The translations under genes were made by a program, and so were the position numbers. A model generated the notes under the pieces. It was not told the DNA's origin. It saw only the letters and a program-made list of their open reading frames with translations, and searched no databases. Positions 40,197 to 49,407 of a stretch of 64,000 nt of DNA are shown piece by piece. Position 1 is the stretch's first letter, and every line of letters starts with the position of its first letter. The DNA lies in contig CBDCOZ010000003.1 in the NCBI GenBank assembly GCA_965220085.1, forward strand, positions 320,001 to 384,000, written 5' to 3'. The DNA is from Candidatus Oxydemutatoraceae bacterium. Lineage in GTDB: Bacteria; Pseudomonadota; Gammaproteobacteria; Poriferisulfidales; Oxydemutatoraceae.

Positions 40197-42104
40197 ATGA
40201 AAATAATGAAACATATGAAACGACAAATTTTTAATACCATGCCCCCCTCCCCCCCCCCCCCCCCCCCCCGCTATATAAATAAGGGGATTGCGGTCGCTTG
40301 GCTGTATCGCCTCGCCGCCCGCTTTCTGAAAGTACTCCGCTCCTTCCCCCGCTGGCGGGCAACGATGATGCGGCGTAGCCTCCGGTTGTTGGTCCTGTGT
40401 CTGGCATTGGGCGCGACACAGGCCAACGCTCAAGCCGCGGACACCAGCGTTAATATTGTCCTTGGCAACGGCGATTATACTTTTCTACCGACCGACTTCC
40501 CCGGCTTCACAGGCAGCGCCGCCCTGTACATTGATAGCTTGCCTGAGCGTGGCACCCTTTTCTTTGAGTTTAACGGCGTTCCCGACAGTCTCGTCGGCAA
40601 GACCGGTCGTGATAACCTTGATGCTCAGTCATTCTTCCCATCGGATTTTTTATCTGCCAGTTCCCACAGGCTCAAATACACCCCGCCAACTGGCGTCATC
40701 TCTTCTGCCACCGTTGCCAGTTTTGACTTCACTATTGAAGCATCAGGTGTTGTTACCACCGCCACCATGACCATCAACTTGGTGGGGGCATTCGTTGATG
40801 TTGACTTTGGCGGCGGCGCTTATACTTTTCTACCGACCGACTTCCCCGGCTTCACAGGCAGCGCCGTCCTGTACATTGATAGCTTGCCTGAGCGTGGCAC
40901 CCTTTTCTTTGAGTTTAACGGCGTTCCCGACAGTCTCGTCGGCAAGACCGGTCGTGATAACCTTGATGCTCAGTCATTCTTCCCATCGGATTTTTTATCT
41001 GCCAGTTCCCACAGGCTCAAATACACCCCGCCAACTGATGTCATCTCTGTCACGACTACCAGTTTTGACTTCAGTATTGAAGCATCAAGTGTTGTTACCA
41101 CCGCCACCATGACCATCAATCTGGTGGGAGCATCCACGCAGATGGCCGCCAGCGGTGCGCCCACGGTAGATGCCGCCATGGGCACAGCCTATAACACCAA
41201 TGTGCCGCTGACCGCATCCATCACCGGTGTGACGGAGCGCAACGGCATCAATGTAAGCACCCTAGTCTGGAAGTGGCAACAGGCCGACGCCCCCGCCAGC
41301 GGCGCCCCTGCAACCAGTGCTTACAGCGACATAGCGGGTGCTACGGCAACTGGTGTTACTTCCTCCGACTTCACGCCGCTTGCCGCACAGGCGGGCAAGT
41401 ACCTGCGGGTTTGCGCTTCGTTCATGGATCAGTTCTCAACCCCCGCATCGGGCGAGCGATGCAGTGCCGGCAGTTTGGTAGCCAATGCGCCTTTCTTTGG
41501 CGATGCATCAGTGGATGACCAGTTCTGGGTGCTTGGCACCGCACTCAATCTGGTATTGCCCGAGGCCACAGGCGGCAATGGCGCTATCACCTACAGCCTG
41601 ACTCCCTTGACACTACCCACGGGAATCAGTTTCACCGCCTCATCCCGCATCCTCAGCGGTACGCCTACGGCGGCAAAGGTGGCGGCCACCTATACTTACA
41701 CCGCCACCGACACCGACGGCGATACGGCTACGCTGACCTTCCGCATAGAGACGGGCGCGGATGCGGCGCCGGCTTTTGCCGCCAATGCCGCCAATGCCGC
41801 CATCGCCGAACAGACTTGGCTTACCGGCACCGCCATAACCGACCTGACCCTGCCTGCGGCTACCGGCGGCAATGGTGCGCTGACCTATGCCCTGACCCCG
41901 GAACTGCCTGAGGGCCTGAGTCTGGATCCCGCCACCCGCACCATCAGCGGTATCCCCACGGCGGCGCCGCAGAGCAACTATACCTGGACAGTAGCGGATG
42001 CCGACAACAACACTGCAAGCGGCGATACGGCCAGCCTGACCTTCAGCGTCATCTCAAATCTGCGCTTGCGCTTGCGCCTCTTTCTTGAGGGGTCGTTGCG
42101 ATAG
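40197..42104 (+). CDS. Secreted Ig-like (He_PIG/putative Ig) repeat surface protein, copy 1; poly-C tract in frame
   Basis: Long basic leader plus ALGATQANA signal; LPEATGGNGAITYSL..LP.G.SF....R..SGTPT domains; C21 run at 40249-40269. Confidence 0.85.
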   Translation: MKIMKHMKRQIFNTMPPSPPPPPPRYINKGIAVAWLYRLAARFLKVLRSFPRWRATMMRRSLRLLVLCLALGATQANAQAADTSVNIVLGNGDYTFLPTDFPGFTGSAALYIDSLPERGTLFFEFNGVPDSLVGKTGRDNLDAQSFFPSDFLSASSHRLKYTPPTGVISSATVASFDFTIEASGVVTTATMTINLVGAFVDVDFGGGAYTFLPTDFPGFTGSAVLYIDSLPERGTLFFEFNGVPDSLVGKTGRDNLDAQSFFPSDFLSASSHRLKYTPPTDVISVTTTSFDFSIEASSVVTTATMTINLVGASTQMAASGAPTVDAAMGTAYNTNVPLTASITGVTERNGINVSTLVWKWQQADAPASGAPATSAYSDIAGATATGVTSSDFTPLAAQAGKYLRVCASFMDQFSTPASGERCSAGSLVANAPFFGDASVDDQFWVLGTALNLVLPEATGGNGAITYSLTPLTLPTGISFTASSRILSGTPTAAKVAATYTYTATDTDGDTATLTFRIETGADAAPAFAANAANAAIAEQTWLTGTAITDLTLPAATGGNGALTYALTPELPEGLSLDPATRTISGIPTAAPQSNYTWTVADADNNTASGDTASLTFSVISNLRLRLRLFLEGSLR

Positions 42105-42179
42105 CGCGAGTAACCTGCGGCGGAGCAGGGGAGTATTACGGGGCGCAGACAAGGGGAGCGAGGCAGGATATACAGGCGC

Positions 42180-43260
42180 TGCATAATGCCAGAAACATTC
42201 TGGATTCTTGGCTTCAACAACAAACGTAGCCGACATGCAATATCAACACATCGGCCACGGCATCAAAGGTTTCTATAAAATAGCTGCTTTTTCAATAGAC
42301 GAGGCAACTATGAGCTATAAAGCAAAACAGAAACTTGAAGCCCTTATATTATGGGAGAACCACAACATAAAAGCCAGCATGGACGCTTACCACATCAGCA
42401 AATCATCGCTCTATGAGTGGCGGAGACAATATCGGCTTTATGGCATTAACGGCTTAATCAATCAGAGCACTTGCCCGCGCCAGCCACGCCGGCGCGACTG
42501 GCCTGAGGAGATTATCGACGAGATTCGGCGACACCGCGAAAACTATCCCTACGGCGCACCCAAGATATACCTGCTGATTCAACCGTGGTGTGACGAGCGC
42601 GGCTTGCGTTGTCCCAAGCCGCGCACCATCGCGCGACTGATTGCCGGCGAAGCCGATAAGATGCGCTGGGTGCCCGCAAAACCGCGTCGGCAACGCACAA
42701 CGCAAAGCAAGCGCAAGCACCGTCTTAAAAAGGGTTCCAAGGCCACGTATCCCGGGTATTGCATCGCTATGGATACCGTGCAACGATTTATTCAAGGTCA
42801 TCGCCGTTATCTGTTCACGGCCGTAGATTTGTATAGCCGGTTTGGTTTTGCTATCGGCGTCCCACGTGGCAACAGCATCGCTGCCGAGTTCTTTATGAAG
42901 TTGGTGATGCAAGTGTTTCCCGCCAAGATAGAGCAAGTGCTCACCGACAACGGCTCCGAATTCTGCGGCGCGTTTGATCGCTGCTTGCAAGAGCAGGGCA
43001 TCCGGCACTGCTACACGTATCCCAAATGTCCGAAGATGAACGCATTCAACGAACGCTTTAACCGCACACTCCAGGAAGAGTTTGTGGAGTTTGAAGAGGG
43101 TTTGTTGCTGACCGATATTCAGGCATTCAATGATCGTATGATAGACTATCTGTCATGGTTTAATACCCAACGACCACACTATGGATTGAGGCTCCAAACA
43201 CCTATGAAACAAATTGCACAACATTTGCCCAAAGTTTCCAATATGTACTGGCATCATACA
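42180..43260 (+). mobile_element. Intact IS481-family insertion sequence
   Basis: Imperfect TIRs TGCATAATGCCAGAAACATT / reverse complement TGTATGATGCCAGTACATATT; direct repeat GGCGC at 42175-42179 and 43261-43265; homologous empty site at ~40012 (ggagcttgcaaatg). Confidence 0.9.
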
Positions 43261-43275
43261 GGCGCTTGCAAATGA
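42235..43275 (+). CDS. IS481-family DDE transposase (HTH + rve)
   Basis: ISKSSLYEW HTH; MDT...AVD...TDNGSEF...ERFNRTLQEE...FNTQRPH. Confidence 0.93.
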   Translation: MQYQHIGHGIKGFYKIAAFSIDEATMSYKAKQKLEALILWENHNIKASMDAYHISKSSLYEWRRQYRLYGINGLINQSTCPRQPRRRDWPEEIIDEIRRHRENYPYGAPKIYLLIQPWCDERGLRCPKPRTIARLIAGEADKMRWVPAKPRRQRTTQSKRKHRLKKGSKATYPGYCIAMDTVQRFIQGHRRYLFTAVDLYSRFGFAIGVPRGNSIAAEFFMKLVMQVFPAKIEQVLTDNGSEFCGAFDRCLQEQGIRHCYTYPKCPKMNAFNERFNRTLQEEFVEFEEGLLLTDIQAFNDRMIDYLSWFNTQRPHYGLRLQTPMKQIAQHLPKVSNMYWHHTGACK

Positions 43276-43445
43276 TTTGCTTTATGGTATAGTGCGACAT
43301 TCCTTGTAAATTGCGTTTGCTAAACACAGGAGGTACCGGTATTTGCAAATGACTCGCACTTTGTGATAGAACGCGGCGCTAAGAGTACGGCGCTCATTGA
43401 ACAACTGTGTTTTCGAGGTGCGGATTAAACATCGGGAGTAAAACC

Positions 43446-45108
43446 ATGAAAACCATGAAACCTATGAAGCGAAAAATATTTAATACTACCACTTTAATAC
43501 TGACCCCCCCCCCCCCCCCCGCCGCGCTATGTAAGTAAGGGGATTGCGGTCGCCCGGCTGTATCGCCTCGCCACCCGTTTTCTGCCACCATCATATTACA
43601 GATTTGCCACCCGCCGCAGTGCGGTTGCGTTGTCTGGTTGCGCCGGGCTACGGCTTGCGCTGTGGCGACGGCTTGTCGCGCTCTTCGCGCCCGCACTGGC
43701 GGCACCGCCGACTGATAGGGTTGCGACCGGGGCCGCCACGCTCTGCCTGCTGACCCTGGCATTGGGCGCGACACAGGCCAACGCTCAAGCCGCGGACACC
43801 AGCGTTGATGTTGCTATTGGAAGCAGTGGATATGCACTCAAGAAAACAGACTTCGGCGGTTTTGCCAGCCAATCGCTGGTGGTCTACAACCAACCCACTC
43901 ATGGCAGGCTGTTTGATACCACTCTTAGGGAAGACGTGAGGGTGCGAGCGGCAGGGTTTCAATTTAGTGATTTATCTGTATATTTCGCGATCAGTTTCGC
44001 CGATGGAGCCGGGCCTGTCGAATACAGGCCCCCGGCCACTGCCATCTCTGTCGTCAACGGTTATGACAGCTTCATCTTTGAGTTACACGATTCCAACGGC
44101 GATACCACCACGGCCACCATGACCATCGATCTGGTGGGAGCATCCACGCAGATGGCCGCTGGCGGTGCGCCCACAGTGACGGCCGCCATGGGCACCACCG
44201 CCTATAACACTGGCGTGCCGCTCACGGCATCCATAACCGGTGTGACAGACCCCAACGGCATCGATGTCGCCACCCTGAAATGGCAGTGGAAGCAGGCCGA
44301 TGTTACAGGCATTGGCGCCAATGCAATCAGCGCCTACAGCGATATAGCGGGCGCCACTGCCACAGGTGTCACTTCCTCAGGGTTCACGCCGCTTGCCGCA
44401 CAGGCGGGCAAGTACCTGCGGGTTTGCGCTTCGTTCATGGATCAGTTTTCCACCCCCGCATCCGCGGTGCGATGCAGCACTGGCGTGCTGGTGACCAATG
44501 TGCCTTTCTTTGGCGATGCCTCGGTAGATAATCAGGTTTGGGTGACTGGCACGGCCATCACCGACCTGATTCTGCCTGCGGCGACCGGCGGCAATGGCGC
44601 TGTCACCTACAGCCTGACTCCGTCCCTGCCCGCGGGCCTCAGTTTCACCGCAGCCACCCGCACCATCAGCGGTGCCCCTGCCGCTACGGTCGCCAAGACC
44701 ACCTACACCTACGCCGCCACCGATACCGACGGCGATACGAATACGCTGACCTTCCGCATAGAGGCCGCCGTCAATGCGGTACCAGCCTTTGCCGCCAATG
44801 CCGCCATCGCCGAGCAGACTTGGCTTACCGGCACAGCCATCACCGCCCTGACCCTGCCTGCGGCTACCGGCGGCAATGGCACTTTGACCTATGCCCTGAC
44901 CCCGGCGCTGCCTGCGGGCCTAAGTCTTGATGCCGCCACCCGCACCATCAGCGGCACACCTACGGCAGCGCCGCAGAGCAACTATACCTGGACGGTAGCG
45001 GATGCCGACAACAACACTGCGGACACCGATGCGGCCAGCCTGACTTTCAGCGTCATCTCAAATCTGCGCTTGCGGTTGCGCCTCTTTCTTGAGGGCCCGC
45101 TACGATAG
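43446..45108 (+). CDS. Ig-like repeat surface protein, copy 2; frameshifted at the poly-C tract as sequenced
   Basis: The ATG 43446 frame stops at 43536-43538 after C17 (43504-43520). The +1 frame (RYVSKGIAVARLYRLATRFL...) is open to 45108 and homologous to copy 1. Confidence 0.8.
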
Positions 45109-45165
45109 CGCGGGTGACCTGCGGAGCAGGGGAGTGTCGCGGGGCGCAAGGGGGTGAGGATACAA

Positions 45166-45382
45166 ATGAACGCATTCAATGAACGCTTGTCACCTCTTCG
45201 GGAAGCGTTTGTGGAATTGAAGCGGGTGTGTTGCTGACGACCTGCGGACATTCCGCGATCGTCGGGAGACTATCCGCTATGGTTTGACACCCCCGCGAGG
45301 GGATTACACTGCCAAAGCTCCCAGCGCCCGTGACACGGCACAACATCTGCCCCCGTGTCCGCTATGTCTTGGCTCCTGCGAC
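45166..45382 (+). mobile_element. IS481 right-part relic
   Basis: atgaacgcattcaatgaacgctt...tttgtggaattgaag...gactatccgctatggtttgacacc...gcacaacatctgcccc; cf. 43036-43260. Confidence 0.8.
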
Positions 45383-45413
45383 ACCTTGTATAAGCGGATA
45401 AATCGGGTACACT

Positions 45414-46973
45414 TTGCTCTTGATACTCGCCTCGTGCAACCATATTGTGAACAACCGCGTTAAAAAAACATTGCTGATTATTGTGGACGGTTTCGGCATC
45501 AGCCCCGGCAAGACGAACAATGCGGCTTATCTCGCCGACACGCCGAATCTGGACAAACTATTCGCGCACTATTCGCATACCCAACTCGAGGCTTCGGGCA
45601 CGGCGGTCGGTCTGCCGCCCGGACAGATTGGCAACTCCGAAGTCGGGCACATCACGATGGGTTGCGGTTGCGTGATTGAGCAGGATTTGATGCGGATAAA
45701 CCGGGCGATAGAAGACGGTCGCTTTTTTGATAACCCTTCGCTGACGTTTACGATTAAGAATGCGAAAGAAAGCGACCGTCCGGTTCACTTGCTCGGGCTG
45801 GTCTCCGACGGCGGCGTGCATTCTCATGTCCGCCACTTGCTGGCGCTGATTGAGTTGGTGCGACAACACGGCTGCCGCCCGCTGCTGCACATGATTACCG
45901 ACGGGCGCGATACCCCTCCGCGATGCGCGCGGCAATTCGTTGAACAGGTCGAACCGGCGCTGGCGCAAGCCGGCGGCGGTATCGCAACGATATGCGGGCG
46001 CTATTATGCGATGGATCGCGATCACAGATGGGAGCGAACCGAGAAGGTGTGGCGGGTGTTGGCGCGCGGCGAGGGCGAGCGGGCGGCCTCTGCGACAGCG
46101 GCGATTGAACGATCGTATGCCGCCGATACCGGCGATGAATTTATTCTGCCGACGGTGTTGCCCGCGGCGCAGGCCCTGCGCGGGGACGATCAGGTCATCC
46201 TGTTTAACTTCCGCAATGATCGCCCGCGTCAGTTGGTAAAGGCCTTGACGGTGAGCGCGTTTGACGAGTTTGACCAGGGGGGATGGGACACGGTTCGGGT
46301 GACGACGATGACAGAGATCGACGGCAAGTTTCCTTGTCTGATCGCTTTTGCTCCGGTGCGCCCTAAAACCACGCTGGCGAAAGTCATAAGCGATGCCGGG
46401 CTGAAGCAGTTCCATTGTTCGGAGACCGAGAAATATCCGCATATCACCTTCTTTTTCAACGGCGGCATGGAAGAGCCGTTGCCCGGCGAACAACGCAAAC
46501 TGATACCGTCGCCGAAGGTCGCAACCTATGACCTTGCGCCGGAAATGAGCGCGGCGGAGGTGGCCGATGCCGTGATCGGCGCGTTGCAAGATACGACCAT
46601 GTCTTTTGTCGTGACCAACTTTGCCAATGCCGATATGGTCGGGCATACCGCCGTGCCCGATCCGATTATCAAAGCGGTTGAGACGGTGGACACCCAAGTC
46701 GGGCGAGTGGTCGAGGCCGCTCTTGCGCACGGTTGGACGACGCTGTTGACCGCCGACCATGGCAACTGCGATGAGATGCTGGATCCTGTGACGCAGCAAC
46801 CGAATACCTGCCACACGTCAAACCCGGTGCCGTGCCTGATTATCAGCGAAGAGAAAGTGCCGCCTCTTGCAAGCGGCTACAACATCGGCAGTGTCGCCCC
46901 GACCGTGCTGGACTTGATGGGGCTGGATATTCCGCAGGAAATGGAAGCGCCGTCGGTGCTCGTTGCCGAGTGA
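45414..46973 (+). CDS. gpmI: 2,3-bisphosphoglycerate-independent phosphoglycerate mutase
   Basis: GNSEVGH, SDGGVHSH, DGRD, ETEKY.H, NADMVGH, TADHGN. Confidence 0.97.
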   Translation: MLLILASCNHIVNNRVKKTLLIIVDGFGISPGKTNNAAYLADTPNLDKLFAHYSHTQLEASGTAVGLPPGQIGNSEVGHITMGCGCVIEQDLMRINRAIEDGRFFDNPSLTFTIKNAKESDRPVHLLGLVSDGGVHSHVRHLLALIELVRQHGCRPLLHMITDGRDTPPRCARQFVEQVEPALAQAGGGIATICGRYYAMDRDHRWERTEKVWRVLARGEGERAASATAAIERSYAADTGDEFILPTVLPAAQALRGDDQVILFNFRNDRPRQLVKALTVSAFDEFDQGGWDTVRVTTMTEIDGKFPCLIAFAPVRPKTTLAKVISDAGLKQFHCSETEKYPHITFFFNGGMEEPLPGEQRKLIPSPKVATYDLAPEMSAAEVADAVIGALQDTTMSFVVTNFANADMVGHTAVPDPIIKAVETVDTQVGRVVEAALAHGWTTLLTADHGNCDEMLDPVTQQPNTCHTSNPVPCLIISEEKVPPLASGYNIGSVAPTVLDLMGLDIPQEMEAPSVLVAE

Positions 46974-47564
46974 GCCCGCTTTATCTGCGCTATTGTGCCG
47001 AGGCTTTGCGGATATGGCGGCGCAACTCTGTGCTGATGCGGCTTAGCGGATAGCCTTTGCGGATGGGAATCAGGGCCTCGCCTTTGGTGACTGTTGCTTG
47101 GTAGGCCCTGCGTAACCGCCTTCTCGTTGCGGGGGGATATTCCGCAGGAAATGGAAGCGCCGTCGGCGCTCGTTGCCGAGTGAGCCTGCGCTTTATCTGT
47201 GCAATCTATTGTGCCGAGGCTTTGCGGATATGGCGGCGCAGTTCTGTGCTGATGCGGCTTAGCGGATAGCCTTTGCGGATGGGAATCAAGGCCTCGCCTT
47301 TGGTGACTGTTGCTTTGTAGGCCCTTTGCAACCGCCTTCTCGTTGCGGGAGGATATTCCGCAGGAAATGGAAGCGCCGTCGGCGCTCGTTGCCGAGTGAG
47401 CCCGCTTTATCTGTGCAATCTATTGTGCCGAGGCTTTGCGGATATGGCGGCGCAGTTCTGTGCTGATGCGGCTTAGCGGATAGCCCTTGCGGATGGGAAT
47501 CAGGGCCTTGCCTTTGGTGACTGTTGCTTGGTAGGCCGCTCGCAACCGCCTTCTCGTTGCGGGA
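46925..47564. repeat. Tandem array (3 x 210-216 bp) of the gpmI/hypothetical convergent junction
   Basis: ggatattc at 46925, 47135, 47351 and 47565. Confidence 0.95.
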
Positions 47565-48160
47565 GGATATTCTTTGAAGTCGTCGAGCAGTTTCCGCTTG
47601 ATGTTGCCTTCTACTTCGATTCCCCGTTGTCCGAAACCCAAGAATTCTCTGTTCACGTCTGTTATCTCTAGATCGCGAAAGTAAATTCGGTGTTTCACTT
47701 CGGGGCAAATTTCTCTGCGCGTTTCTATCTTGTGCGCATCCGCCTGTATGCATAGCGCGTCCGTATAGCCGAGCCAGGCGGCGGTCAATTCTTTGTCGCG
47801 CCCTTCGACCGCCGCTTTGAGCAGCGTGCGTTCTTGCTTGCGCTCGTCGGCTTCTTTGTCCCGCCTGCGGTCGGGCATCGCATCGTAGGCCCGATAGCGC
47901 GAAGCGTCGCCCGCTCCCGCGCCGGAAGCCTCTTTGCACAGCGCTGTGACTTGCCCGCGGGTCAGGCCCTTTTGCAGGTAGTAATTGACATCGGCGCGAG
48001 AACATTTTGCTTGGGCGGTTGCGCACAGCGCGAGCAAACCCGCAAGCAGCAGGGCGGCGGAGATTATTTTCAAAGTGTTATATCGGGAAAGCATGACCAT
48101 ATTCATTCGCAACGGAAACGGTATTTTACTCCAGTCTGCGCCATTTGCCTTGCTTTGCAA
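47420..48160 (-). CDS. Exported protein of unknown function
   Basis: Signal peptide SAALLLAGLLALCATAQA; the true start is likely ~48093. Confidence 0.7.
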   Translation of the reverse strand: MQSKANGADWSKIPFPLRMNMVMLSRYNTLKIISAALLLAGLLALCATAQAKCSRADVNYYLQKGLTRGQVTALCKEASGAGAGDASRYRAYDAMPDRRRDKEADERKQERTLLKAAVEGRDKELTAAWLGYTDALCIQADAHKIETRREICPEVKHRIYFRDLEITDVNREFLGFGQRGIEVEGNIKRKLLDDFKEYPPATRRRLRAAYQATVTKGKALIPIRKGYPLSRISTELRRHIRKASAQ

Positions 48161-48222
48161 GGTCGTTTCTCCGCCGCTGGCAGGGGGGGCGGGCGGGCGC
48201 GTAATCTCCCGCGCCCGAAGCG

Positions 48223-49407
48223 GTGTTTCTTTGCCGCTGGCGCACGGGGCGGGCTATGTCATACAATAAGAGCGGAGTTTTATCCGATATGATGAGCATC
48301 AAACAAACTTGGAAACAAACTCGGCGGAGTCTCGGCGCTATCGCGATTGGCGTTTTCTGCGCACTGCCGGTTGTCGCGCAACCGCCGGGCGTCAAAGGCG
48401 GGAAGATGCCGGCGGTGTCGGTGATAGTCGCCGATGTTGCCGAGAGCGATGTGCGGGGGCGGGTGTGGTATAGCGGCAGTTTGCAAAGCCGCAATGAAGC
48501 GACGCTGGCGTCGGAGAGCGACGGCGCTATCGTGGATATCGCCGAAGTCGGGGATTATTTCTCCGCGGGCGAGGTGATCGCGCAGTTGGACGATGTCCTG
48601 ATGCGGCATACGCTGGCGGAATATTATTCCGATATAAAACAGAGCGAGGCAAAGATAAAGTTTCTGCGAGACGAGGCCGCGCGTCTGAAGCAGTTGGCCA
48701 AACAAAATAATATCGCGCGCAGCGAGTTTGAGCAGGCCGAATCCGATCGGGATGCGGAGATGGCACAACTGGAGGCGGCGCAAGCGCGCGCCGCTCTGAT
48801 GGAAGAGAAGATCAAACGCATGCAGATTAAAGCGCCGTTTGAAGGCGTGATCAGCACGCGCCACGCCAGCAAAGGCGAGTGGCTCGGCGCGGGTGATCCG
48901 GCGCTCGATCTCGTCAGCCTGCGACAACTGGAGGCGGTGGTCAGAATATCGGCGGACGAACTGCCTTTTGTGTCGCGGGGGAATGCGCTCAATCTGACGA
49001 TAAACAATGTGCAAGACCCGATGTCCGATGTGACGCAGGCGACTGTGCGCACGGTCGTGCCGGTCGGCGACAGACAGTCGCGGTTGTTTGAGGTGCGTCT
49101 TGACCCGCCCGCGGGCTTTGGTTTGCCCGGTCAGGCGGTGCGGGCGGAAGTGCCGGTCTCCGAGCCGCGCACCAAACTCACCGTGCCGGAAGATGCGCTC
49201 GTCATTCGCGGTTCCGGTATCAGCGTGTTTCGGGTGGATGACTCTATGACGGCGCGCCGGATTCCGGTGCGCACCGGCGCATCGTATCAGGGGCGGGTGG
49301 AGGTAAACGGCACCCTGAAGCCCGGGGATAAAGTCGTTGTCAGAGGCGGCGAGCGGTTGCGCGACGGCTTGCCGGTGCGTCTGACACAGCCGCGCAAGCC
49401 GCAGTGA
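48223..49407 (+). CDS. RND efflux periplasmic adaptor (MFP)
   Basis: Lipoyl-like motifs (VGD...GEVIAQLDD; IKAPFEGVI), coiled coil, VPEDAL, GDKVVVRG. Start uncertain. Confidence 0.92.
   Translation: MFLCRWRTGRAMSYNKSGVLSDMMSIKQTWKQTRRSLGAIAIGVFCALPVVAQPPGVKGGKMPAVSVIVADVAESDVRGRVWYSGSLQSRNEATLASESDGAIVDIAEVGDYFSAGEVIAQLDDVLMRHTLAEYYSDIKQSEAKIKFLRDEAARLKQLAKQNNIARSEFEQAESDRDAEMAQLEAAQARAALMEEKIKRMQIKAPFEGVISTRHASKGEWLGAGDPALDLVSLRQLEAVVRISADELPFVSRGNALNLTINNVQDPMSDVTQATVRTVVPVGDRQSRLFEVRLDPPAGFGLPGQAVRAEVPVSEPRTKLTVPEDALVIRGSGISVFRVDDSMTARRIPVRTGASYQGRVEVNGTLKPGDKVVVRGGERLRDGLPVRLTQPRKPQ

Noticed and set aside
43630-45108. ORF-track start at 43630 as the true start of Ig gene 2
   Set aside because: TTG start without a clear RBS; homology to copy 1 extends upstream through the poly-C tract to ATG 43446.
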